DNA of 64,000 nucleotides from Escherichia coli (GTDB lineage Bacteria; Pseudomonadota; Gammaproteobacteria; Enterobacterales; Enterobacteriaceae): NCBI RefSeq assembly GCF_046105845.1, contig NZ_CP151004.1; one strand, 5' to 3'. Shown piece by piece: positions 31,534 to 40,373 of this stretch (position 1 is its first letter; each line of letters starts with the position of its first letter). The notes under the pieces were generated by a model. It saw only the letters and a program-made list of their open reading frames with translations, ran no database searches and was not told where the DNA came from. The position numbers and the translations under genes were made by a program.

Positions 31534-33026
31534 TGGTGCCTGTAGCACAGGAAACCTCCGCTAACACCGTGCGTCTGCCCTACAGTTTCAGCCGCCGGTT
31601 TAGCCTGGTGGCATGGTGCGAAGCGTCGCTGGAGATCCTCCATGTTCATCCGTTGTCGCTCTCTGTTTTGCAGGAGCTGCAACGGGGGCTGAACGCGCCC
31701 TTTACGCTGCGGCAAATCGACGAGGCCGAATTTGAACAGCGGCTGAATGCGGTCTGGCAGCGGGACTCTTCCGAAGCTCGCCAGTTGATGGAAGATCTCG
31801 GTTCCGCCGAGGACTTCTTTACCCTCGCAGAAGAGCTGCCAGAAACGGAAGATTTGCTGGAAAGTGACGACGATGCGCCGATCATCAAACTGATCAACGC
31901 CATGCTGGCAGAGGCAATTAAAGAAGGCGCTTCGGATATCCACATTGAGACGTTTGAAAAGAGTCTGGTGATCCGTTTTCGTGTAGACGGAACGCTACAT
32001 GAAATGCTGCGTCCCGGGCGCAAACTAGCCTCGCTGCTGGTGTCGCGTATCAAGGTGATGGCGCGGCTGGACATTGCCGAAAAGCGCGTGCCGCAGGATG
32101 GACGTATTGCGCTGCTGCTGGGCGGTCGGGCGATTGACGTGCGTGTCTCCACCATGCCTTCTGCCTGGGGCGAGCGCGTGGTGCTGCGACTGCTGGACAA
32201 AAACCAGGCCCGCCTGACGCTGGAGCGTCTGGGGCTGAGTCATGAACTGACCGCGCAGTTGCGCCAGCTACTGCACAAACCGCACGGTATCTTTCTGGTG
32301 ACGGGGCCGACGGGTTCCGGCAAAAGCACCACGCTGTACGCCGGATTGCAGGAGCTGAACAACCATTCGCGCAACATTCTCACGGTTGAAGACCCCATCG
32401 AATACATGATTGAAGGGATCGGTCAGACGCAGGTTAACACCCGCGTCGGCATGACCTTCGCCCGTGGCCTGCGCGCGATTTTGCGTCAGGACCCGGATGT
32501 GGTGATGGTCGGTGAAATCCGCGATACCGAAACCGCAGAAATCGCTGTTCAGGCGTCGCTCACGGGGCACCTGGTACTTTCCACGCTGCATACCAACACG
32601 GCGGTGGGGGCGATTACGCGTTTGCAGGATATGGGCGTCGAGCCTTTCCTGCTCTCTTCCAGTCTGACGGGCGTGATGGCGCAGCGACTGGTCCGCACGC
32701 TGTGCCCAGACTGCCGCCAGCCTGCACCTGCCACTGACGAAGAAAAACGCCTGCTGGGAATTACCGACGCGCGTACTGTCACGCTTTACCATCCGCAGGG
32801 CTGCCCCGCCTGTAATCACAAAGGTTTCCGCGGGCGTACTGCCATCCATGAGTTGATCGTGGTGGACGCCACATTGCGTGATTTGATCCACCGTCAGGCC
32901 GGGGAACTGGAGCTGGAACGTTATGTCCGGCAACAGTCTGCGGGCATCCGCAGCAATGGCATTGAGAAAGTGCTCGCCGGAGAAACCTCTCTCGATGAAG
33001 TTCTGCGGGTAACCATGGAGGCGTAA
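31533..33026 (+). CDS. gspE: Type II secretion ATPase GspE
   Basis: Walker [14 protein letters not shown]...CPAC zinc motif; 497 aa. Confidence 0.95.
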
Positions 33027-34249
33027 TGGCACTGTTTTACTATCAGGCGCTGGAGCGTAATGGTCGCAAAACCAAAGGCATGATTGAGGCGGATTCAGCG
33101 CGTCATGCCCGCCAGTTGTTGCGCGGTAAAGAGCTTATCCCCGTGCACATTGAAGCCAGGATGAATGCTTCGACAGGGGGAATGTTGCAGCGTCGGCGGC
33201 ACGCACATCGTCGCGTGGCGGCGGCAGATCTGGCGCTGTTCACACGCCAACTGGCAACGTTAGTACAGGCAGCAATGCCGCTGGAAACCTGCTTACAGGC
33301 GGTCAGTGAGCAAAGTGAAAAACTGCATGTGAAAAGCCTCGGAATGGCGCTGCGCAGTCGGATTCAGGAAGGCTATACCCTGTCGGACAGCCTGCGCGAA
33401 CATCCCCGCGTCTTTGACTCCCTGTTTTGTTCGATGGTCGCTGCCGGAGAAAAATCCGGACATCTCGACGTGGTGCTCAATCGCCTGGCGGATTACACCG
33501 AACAGCGGCAGCGCCTGAAATCACGATTGTTGCAGGCCATGCTCTATCCGCTGGTATTGCTGGTGGTGGCAACGGGCGTGGTCACTATTTTGCTGACGGC
33601 AGTGGTGCCGAAAATCATCGAACAGTTCGATCACCTCGGACACGCGCTACCCGCCTCCACCCGAATGCTCATCGCCATGAGCGACGCGTTACAGGCCAGC
33701 GGCGTTTACTGGCTGGCGGGTTTTCTGGGGCTTCTGGTGCTGGGGCAACGGTTACTCAAAAATCCTGCTATGCGCCTGCGCTGGGATAAAACCTTGCTGC
33801 GCCTGCCCGTGACGGGGCGTGTTGCGCGCGGGCTGAATACGGCGCGTTTTTCCCGCACATTAAGCATCCTCACCGCCAGCAGTGTTCCGCTACTGGAAGG
33901 TATTCAGACCGCTGCCGCCGTGTCGGCAAATCGCTATGTCGAGCAACAACTGCTGCTGGCGGCAGATCGCGTCCGCGAAGGAAGCAGTCTGCGCGCCGCG
34001 CTGGCGGAGTTGCGCCTGTTCCCGCCGATGATGCTGTACATGATCGCTTCCGGCGAACAGAGCGGCGAACTGGAAACCATGCTTGAGCAGGCCGCAGTCA
34101 ACCAGGAACGGGAATTTGATACCCAGGTGGGGCTGGCGTTAGGGCTGTTTGAACCGGCGCTGGTGGTGATGATGGCGGGCGTGGTGCTGTTTATCGTCAT
34201 CGCCATCCTCGAACCGATGCTGCAACTGAACAATATGGTTGGAATGTAA
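33026..34249 (+). CDS. gspF: Type II secretion inner-membrane platform GspF
   Basis: 407 aa; duplicated GspF domain architecture. Confidence 0.95.
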   Translation: MALFYYQALERNGRKTKGMIEADSARHARQLLRGKELIPVHIEARMNASTGGMLQRRRHAHRRVAAADLALFTRQLATLVQAAMPLETCLQAVSEQSEKLHVKSLGMALRSRIQEGYTLSDSLREHPRVFDSLFCSMVAAGEKSGHLDVVLNRLADYTEQRQRLKSRLLQAMLYPLVLLVVATGVVTILLTAVVPKIIEQFDHLGHALPASTRMLIAMSDALQASGVYWLAGFLGLLVLGQRLLKNPAMRLRWDKTLLRLPVTGRVARGLNTARFSRTLSILTASSVPLLEGIQTAAAVSANRYVEQQLLLAADRVREGSSLRAALAELRLFPPMMLYMIASGEQSGELETMLEQAAVNQEREFDTQVGLALGLFEPALVVMMAGVVLFIVIAILEPMLQLNNMVGM

Positions 34250-34265
34250 TTTACGGAGTTATCAC

Positions 34266-34721
34266 ATGAATTCGTTATCCCGCACACAAAAACCACGGGC
34301 AGGTTTTACCCTGCTGGAAGTGATGGTGGTGATTGTTATTCTTGGCGTCCTGGCAAGTCTGGTGGTGCCTAACCTGTTGGGCAATAAAGAGAAAGCGGAT
34401 CGGCAAAAAGCCATCAGCGATATCGTGGCGCTGGAGAATGCGCTGGATATGTACCGACTGGATAACGGGCGTTATCCGACTACCGAGCAGGGGCTTGAGG
34501 CGCTGATCCAGCAACCGGCCAATATGGCGGACGCCCGCAACTACCGTACCGGTGGATACATCAAACGACTGCCAAAGGATCCGTGGGGCAATGATTATCA
34601 GTATCTCAGCCCGGGTGAAAAAGGGCTGTTTGATGTTTATACCCTGGGGGCAGATGGTCAGGAAAACGGGGAGGGCGCTGGCGCAGATATCGGTAACTGG
34701 AATTTGCAGGAGTTTCAGTAA
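34266..34721 (+). CDS. gspG: Major pseudopilin GspG
   Basis: Prepilin leader and cleavage motif ...AGFTLLEVMVVI; GGAG SD before ATG 34266. Confidence 0.93.
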   Translation: MNSLSRTQKPRAGFTLLEVMVVIVILGVLASLVVPNLLGNKEKADRQKAISDIVALENALDMYRLDNGRYPTTEQGLEALIQQPANMADARNYRTGGYIKRLPKDPWGNDYQYLSPGEKGLFDVYTLGADGQENGEGAGADIGNWNLQEFQ

Positions 34722-34724
34722 TCA

Positions 34725-35288
34725 GTGCCTGAACGCGGATTCACACTTCTGGAAATCATGCTGGTGATTTTCCTTATCGGCCTTGCCAGTGCGGGCGTGG
34801 TACAGACGTTTGCGACCGCTTCAGAGCCGCCTGCGAAAAAAGCGGCGCAGGATTTTCTGACTCGCTTTGCGCAGTTTAAGGACAGGGCAGTGATCGAAGG
34901 GCAAACACTCGGTGTACTAATCGATCCTCCTGGCTATCAGTTTATGCAGCGTCGTCACGGGCAGTGGTTGCCCGTTTCTGCGACCCGCTTATCGGCACAG
35001 GTTACGGTGCCAAAACAGGTGCAGATGCTGTTACAACCCGGCAGTGATATCTGGCAGAAGGAGTATGCGCTGGAACTGCAGCGTCGTCGCCTGACGCTGC
35101 ACGATATTGAACTGGAGCTGCAAAAAGAGGCGAAAAAGAAGACGCCGCAGATCCGTTTTTCGCCTTTTGAACCCGCCACGCCGTTTACGCTGCGCTTCTA
35201 CTCGGCGGCGCAAAACGCATGTTGGGCGGTAAAACTGGCACACGATGGCGTGTTATCCCTCAATCAATGTGATGAGAGGATGCCATGA
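34725..35288 (+). CDS. gspH: Minor pseudopilin GspH
   Basis: GTG start; prepilin motif RGFTLLEIMLVI. Confidence 0.85.
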   Translation: MPERGFTLLEIMLVIFLIGLASAGVVQTFATASEPPAKKAAQDFLTRFAQFKDRAVIEGQTLGVLIDPPGYQFMQRRHGQWLPVSATRLSAQVTVPKQVQMLLQPGSDIWQKEYALELQRRRLTLHDIELELQKEAKKKTPQIRFSPFEPATPFTLRFYSAAQNACWAVKLAHDGVLSLNQCDERMP

Positions 35289-35656
35289 AGCGCGGATTTA
35301 CCTTGCTGGAAGTGATGCTCGCGCTGGCGATTTTTGCGCTGGCGGCCACGGCGGTGTTACAGATTGCCAGCGGTGCGCTGAGTAATCAGCACGTTCTTGA
35401 GGAAAAAACAGTAGCGGGCTGGGTAGCTGAAAACCAGACCGCGCTGCTCTACCTGATGACCCGCGAGCAGCGGGTGGTCAGGCACCAGGGCGAGAGTGAT
35501 ATGGCAGGAAGCCGCTGGTACTGGCGAACCACACCGCTGAATACCGGTAACGCGCTGCTCCAGGCGGTGGATATTGAAGTCAGCCGTCACGAAGATTTTT
35601 CGTCGGTGATTCAGTCACGACGCGCCTGGTTTAGCGCCGTGGGAGGCCAACAGTGA
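35285..35656 (+). CDS. gspI: Minor pseudopilin GspI
   Basis: Prepilin motif RGFTLLEVMLAL; overlaps gspH stop. Confidence 0.85.
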   Translation: MKRGFTLLEVMLALAIFALAATAVLQIASGALSNQHVLEEKTVAGWVAENQTALLYLMTREQRVVRHQGESDMAGSRWYWRTTPLNTGNALLQAVDIEVSRHEDFSSVIQSRRAWFSAVGGQQ

Positions 35657-36258
35657 GAAGGACTTGCGCTGGTTTCACGTTACTGGAAATGCTGGTGGCA
35701 ATTGCCATTTTTGCCTCGCTGGCACTGATGGCGCAGCAGGTGACTAACGGCGTCACACGCGTGAATAGCGCCGTCGCCGGACACGATCAAAAACTAAACC
35801 TCATGCAGCAAACGATGAGTTTTCTGACCCACGATCTGACACAAATGATGCCGCGTCCGGTAAGAGGCGATCAGGGCCAGCGTGAACCTGCGTTACTGGC
35901 GGGCGCTGGCGTGCTGGCGTCTGAGAGTGAAGGGATGCGCTTTGTGCGTGGCGGCGTGGTTAACCCGTTGATGCGTCTGCCACGCAGTAATCTGCTCACC
36001 GTCGGTTACCGCATTCATGACGGCTATCTCGAACGGTTAGCCTGGCCGCTGACCGACGCAGCAGGCAGCGTGAAGCCGACAATGCAAAAGTTGATTCCGG
36101 CGGATTCGCTCCGTTTGCAGTTCTACGACGGCACGCGCTGGCAGGAGAGCTGGTCATCAGTACAGGCAATCCCAGTGGCGGTGCGCATGACCCTGCATTC
36201 GCCACAATGGGGCGAGATTGAACGCATCTGGTTGTTACGCGGGCCGCAATTATCATGA
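35653..36258 (+). CDS. gspJ: Minor pseudopilin GspJ
   Basis: Prepilin motif AGFTLLEMLVAI; overlapping start/stop. Confidence 0.85.
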   Translation: MRRTCAGFTLLEMLVAIAIFASLALMAQQVTNGVTRVNSAVAGHDQKLNLMQQTMSFLTHDLTQMMPRPVRGDQGQREPALLAGAGVLASESEGMRFVRGGVVNPLMRLPRSNLLTVGYRIHDGYLERLAWPLTDAAGSVKPTMQKLIPADSLRLQFYDGTRWQESWSSVQAIPVAVRMTLHSPQWGEIERIWLLRGPQLS

Positions 36259-37232
36259 TCACCTCACCACCAAAACGCGGAATGGCACTGGTCGTGGTGC
36301 TGGTATTGCTGGCGGTTATGATGCTGGTGACCATCACGCTTTCCGGGCGAATGCAGCAACAACTTGGGCGAACGCGCAGCCAGCAGGAGTACCAGCAGGC
36401 GCTGTGGTACAGCGCCAGTGCGGAAAGCCTGGCGTTGAGCGCACTCAGTCTGAGCCTGAAAAATGAAAAGCGCGTGCATCTGGCGCAGCCGTGGGCTTCC
36501 GGCCCTCGTTTTTTCCCACTGCCGCAGGGGCAAATCGCCGTCACTCTGCGTGACGCACAGGCCTGCTTTAACCTGAATGCCCTCGCTCAGCCGACGACGG
36601 CGTCGCGTCCTATCGCGGTACAACAACTGATTGCCCTGATCTCGCGCCTGGATGTGCCTGCTTATCGGGCCGAACTGATAGCCGAAAGCCTGTGGGAGTT
36701 TATTGACGAGGACCGCAGCGTGCAGACGCGTCTGGGGCGTGAAGACAGCGAGTATCTCGCCCGCTCGGTGCCGTTCTACGCCGCCAATCAACCGCTGGCC
36801 GATATCAGTGAGATGCGCGTGGTACAGGGAATGGACGCCGGGCTTTATCAAAAACTGAAACCGCTGGTCTGTGCGCTGCCGATGACCCGCCAGCAAATCA
36901 ACATCAATACCCTGGACGTCGCGCAAAGTGTGATTCTTGAGGCGCTGTTTGACCCGTGGTTAAGCCCTGTTCAGGCGCGGGCGTTATTACAACAACGTCC
37001 GGCGAAGGGCTGGGAAGATGTCGATCAGTTTCTTGCGCAGCCGCTACTTGCTGACGTCGATGAGCGTACTAAAAAACAGCTAAAAACCGTCCTGAGCGTG
37101 GACAGCAATTACTTCTGGCTGCGTTCAGATATCACCGTGAATGAGATTGAACTGACGATGAACTCGTTAATTGTCCGCATGGGCCCACAACACTTTTCGG
37201 TTCTCTGGCATCAGACAGGAGAAAGTGAGTGA
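36255..37232 (+). CDS. gspK: Minor pseudopilin GspK
   Basis: 325 aa; N-terminal hydrophobic segment; operon position. Confidence 0.85.
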   Translation: MITSPPKRGMALVVVLVLLAVMMLVTITLSGRMQQQLGRTRSQQEYQQALWYSASAESLALSALSLSLKNEKRVHLAQPWASGPRFFPLPQGQIAVTLRDAQACFNLNALAQPTTASRPIAVQQLIALISRLDVPAYRAELIAESLWEFIDEDRSVQTRLGREDSEYLARSVPFYAANQPLADISEMRVVQGMDAGLYQKLKPLVCALPMTRQQININTLDVAQSVILEALFDPWLSPVQARALLQQRPAKGWEDVDQFLAQPLLADVDERTKKQLKTVLSVDSNYFWLRSDITVNEIELTMNSLIVRMGPQHFSVLWHQTGESE

Positions 37233-38407
37233 GTTCCATGCTTGAGATTTTTATCCCGCTTTGCGCCTCCGATCCCATCCGTTGGCAGCACCGTACCACC
37301 GACGTGGAGCACGGCATCTGGTCTGACGTTGACAACGAACAGCTCCAGCAATGGCTGCAAACTGATGCGATTCGACTCTACATTCCCGGCGAATGGATCA
37401 GCGTCTGGCAGGTTGAACTGCCTGATATCCCCCGCAAGCAGATACCGACTATTCTGCCCGCCTTGCTGGAAGAAGAGCTGAACCAGGATATCGATGAACT
37501 GCATTTCGCCCCGTTGAAAATCGACCAGCAACTGGCAACCGTAGCAGTGATTCACCAACAGCATATGCGCAACATTGCGCAGTGGTTGCAGGCAAACGGC
37601 ATCACCCGCGCTACCGTCGCGCCGGACTGGATGTCCATTCCTTGTGGGTTTATGGCTGGCGATGCGCAACGGGTTATCTGCCGCATCGATGAATGCCGGG
37701 GATGGAGCGCCGGGCGGGCGCTGGCTCCGGTCATGTTCCGCGCCCAGCTCAATGAGCAGAATTTACCGCTTTCGCTAACCGTAGTCGGCATTGCACCGGA
37801 AGAGCTATCAGCATGGGCTGGCCCAGATGCTGAACGTCTGACCGTTACGGCTCTGCCCGCCATTACCACTTATGGCGAACCGGAAGGAAACCTGCTAACA
37901 GGGCCGTGGCAGCCCCGCGTCAGCTACCGAAAACAGTGGGCGCGCTGGCGGGTGATGATTCTGCCGATATTGCTGATTCTGGTTGCGCTGGCAGTGGAAC
38001 GGGGCGTGACGTTATGGAGCGTCAGCGAACAGGTGGCGCAAAGCCGCACCCAGGCGGAAAAAAAGTTCTTAACACTGTTCCCGGAGCAGAAGCTGATTGT
38101 GAATTTGCGTTCCCAGGTGACGATGGCGCTGAAAAAATATCGCCCGCAGGCCGACGATACCCGGCTGCTCGCTGAGTTGTCAGCGATAGCCAGCACCCTG
38201 AAATCAGCATCACTTTCCGACATCGAAATGCGTGGTTTCACCTTTGATCAAAAACGCCAGACGCTCCACCTTCAGTTGCAGGCCGCGAACTTTGCCAGCT
38301 TCGACAAACTGCGTAGCGCACTGGCGGCAGATTATGTTGTGCAACAGGACGCGTTACAGAAAGAGGGTGATGCGGTTTCCGGCGGCGTAACGTTGCGGAG
38401 GAAATAA
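37229..38407 (+). CDS. gspL: Type II secretion inner-membrane protein GspL
   Basis: 392 aa; cytoplasmic domain, single TM, periplasmic domain; operon position. Confidence 0.85.
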   Translation: MSSMLEIFIPLCASDPIRWQHRTTDVEHGIWSDVDNEQLQQWLQTDAIRLYIPGEWISVWQVELPDIPRKQIPTILPALLEEELNQDIDELHFAPLKIDQQLATVAVIHQQHMRNIAQWLQANGITRATVAPDWMSIPCGFMAGDAQRVICRIDECRGWSAGRALAPVMFRAQLNEQNLPLSLTVVGIAPEELSAWAGPDAERLTVTALPAITTYGEPEGNLLTGPWQPRVSYRKQWARWRVMILPILLILVALAVERGVTLWSVSEQVAQSRTQAEKKFLTLFPEQKLIVNLRSQVTMALKKYRPQADDTRLLAELSAIASTLKSASLSDIEMRGFTFDQKRQTLHLQLQAANFASFDKLRSALAADYVVQQDALQKEGDAVSGGVTLRRK

Positions 38408-38408
38408 C

Positions 38409-38945
38409 ATGTTACGCGATAAATTTATTCACTATTTTCAGCAATGGCGTGAACGCCAGTTAAGCCGTGGCGAACACTGGCTTACACAACACCTGGCGGG
38501 GCGTTCTCCGCGTGAAAAGGGCATGTTACTGGCAGCGGTGGTGTTCCTGTTTAGCGTCGGATATTACGTCCTCATCTGGCAGCCGTTGAGCGAACGGATA
38601 GAACAACAGGAGACGTTGTTGCAGCAGCTGGTGGCAATGAACACCCGACTGAAGAGCGCCGCGCCGGATATTATTGCGGCGCGAAAATCCGCCACAACAA
38701 CGCCTGCGCAGGTATCTCGGGTCATCAGTGACAGTGCTTCCGTGCACTCAGTGGTCATCAAGCGGATAGCCGAGCGCGGGGAGAATATTCAGGTCTGGAT
38801 AGAACCTGTGGTGTTTAATGACCTGCTGAATTGGCTTAATGCGCTGGATGAAAAGTATGCGCTGCGGGTGACACAAATTGATGTCAGTGCAGGTGAGAAG
38901 CCTGGGATGGTGAATGTGCAGCGGCTGGAGTTTGGAGGGGGGTAA
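38409..38945 (+). CDS. gspM: Type II secretion inner-membrane protein GspM
   Basis: 178 aa; single N-terminal TM; last gene of block. Confidence 0.8.
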   Translation: MLRDKFIHYFQQWRERQLSRGEHWLTQHLAGRSPREKGMLLAAVVFLFSVGYYVLIWQPLSERIEQQETLLQQLVAMNTRLKSAAPDIIAARKSATTTPAQVSRVISDSASVHSVVIKRIAERGENIQVWIEPVVFNDLLNWLNALDEKYALRVTQIDVSAGEKPGMVNVQRLEFGGG

Positions 38946-39050
38946 GTATCAGGAGATTAATATCAATAAAATTACTCTCGTTAACGTGGCGAGAGTAATT
39001 CCCCCAGACCTCATAAGCTAAGTTTTTTCGTGAAGGTTATTGCCAGATCC

Positions 39051-39080
39051 AAAAGCAAAAACCCGCCTTGTGGGCGGGTT
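39051..39080 (-). terminator. Rho-independent terminator of pheV
   Basis: Minus strand: aacccgcc cacaa ggcgggt followed by ttttgctttt. Confidence 0.6.
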
Positions 39081-39092
39081 CTTAAGAATTAG

Positions 39093-39168
39093 TGGTGCCC
39101 GGACTCGGAATCGAACCAAGGACACGGGGATTTTCAATCCCCTGCTCTACCGACTGAGCTATCCGGGC
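39093..39168 (-). tRNA. pheV: tRNA-Phe (GAA)
   Basis: Reverse complement reads GCCCGGATAGCTCAGTCGGTAGAGCAGGGGATTGAAAATCCCCGTGTCCTTGGTTCGATTCCGAGTCCGGGCACCA. Confidence 0.95.
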
Positions 39169-39273
39169 AACGGGGCGCATTAAACCTGATTCGCCTCGTC
39201 TCGTCAATCAAATTTCTTCAATTTACTGCAGACTGCACAATCTATCATCACTTTGCCGCTAATGCACGCATTG

Positions 39274-40002
39274 TCAGGCAAACCAAGCGGTCCAGGCGGC
39301 GGAAAGCGGCATTGCCAGAAGGAGTGCTGGAAGCATGTTGACCACCGGGAACATTTTAATGCCACAGATGCGTAATCCGGTTGCCAGCAGCAATAAACCG
39401 CCTACGGCGCTGAAGTCTGCCATCATCGACGGTGTGGTCAGCGGTAATATCAGCGCGGCAGCCCACGCCAGCGTTAACTGGATGATCAGTAATGGGATAC
39501 TAATCACCGATACCGCAATACCCAGCGAGCAGGCGAAGATCATCGCCGTAAAGAAATCAAGAAATGACTTGGCGATTAAAATACTCGGATCGCCGGTCAT
39601 CCCTTCGTTCATTGCCCCGAAGATCCCGGTGCCGCTGGCGCAAAACAGGACAATAATCGCGACATAATTCTGAATAAAAGATTCATGCGCTGGCTTCTTA
39701 CGTGAGTGGCGAAACAGATTTTGTGCTTTGGTGACCGCGGTATTGACGCCTTTTTCCAGCAGACAAATTTCGCCGATTAATGCACCGAGTAAGGTTGCTA
39801 ACACCATCGCAGGAAGGTTGGCGCATTTCACCACCAGTAAAATACCAATCCCCAGCGATGCCAGACCAAAAATTGATGTCATGGAGACGCGGATACGTTC
39901 CGGTAAGCGTTGGCTAAGGAGTGCACCGAGAACGCCACCCAGTAATACTGCACTTGCGTTGATAAAAGGACCGATGACCACAAGAGTTCCTGTTAGCTGC
40001 AT
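39274..40002 (-). CDS. yqgA: DUF554-family inner membrane protein YqgA
   Basis: 242-aa hydrophobic ORF; K-12 context between pheV and speC. Confidence 0.85.
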   Translation of the reverse strand: MQLTGTLVVIGPFINASAVLLGGVLGALLSQRLPERIRVSMTSIFGLASLGIGILLVVKCANLPAMVLATLLGALIGEICLLEKGVNTAVTKAQNLFRHSRKKPAHESFIQNYVAIIVLFCASGTGIFGAMNEGMTGDPSILIAKSFLDFFTAMIFACSLGIAVSVISIPLLIIQLTLAWAAALILPLTTPSMMADFSAVGGLLLLATGLRICGIKMFPVVNMLPALLLAMPLSAAWTAWFA

Positions 40003-40373
40003 TATCTGATTTTCTTATTATGAACGTTTGGCACCTTCGATGGCTTGTTTGTTCGCAAAGTCCTGGCTTGCACGCTCTGGTGAAAGGTGCCATGATTGCG
40101 CGAATTTTCTCCTCTCTGTACGGAGTTTGCCCGATGCACGCCACCTCCTTACATTCTCTCGCTTATCGCCGTTTCGCGCGAAACTCCTCCCCTTTTCTGC
40201 TCATGCGGTGAAGTTAACGCACGCTCACTGCAGGACAACAGTAAAATCAGAGCGTTTCTGCTTTTACTGATGTCTGGCGGTCGGAGCTGGTGACCAGTTT
40301 GACCCATATCTCGTGGGGCAGGGTTTTTCACCTTGTCCGGTATTCTTACTTCCCCGAAACGGGTTTTGCGCTT

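Noticed and set aside
31646-33032. Long minus-strand ORFs (184 and 254 aa) antisense to gspE
   Set aside because: GC-rich coding DNA commonly gives long antisense ORFs; the sense frame encodes a canonical GspE ATPase, and the antisense products are low-complexity Ser/Arg-rich.
38946-39273. Possible genomic island or integrase at pheV
   Set aside because: No integrase-like ORF and no duplicated tRNA 3' end seen; only the tRNA terminator and short spacers are present.
40290-40373. N-terminal extension of speC (ORF-track start at 40290)
   Set aside because: The internal ATG at 40374 gives the MKSMNIAASS N-terminus matching ornithine decarboxylase; the extension is not supported.
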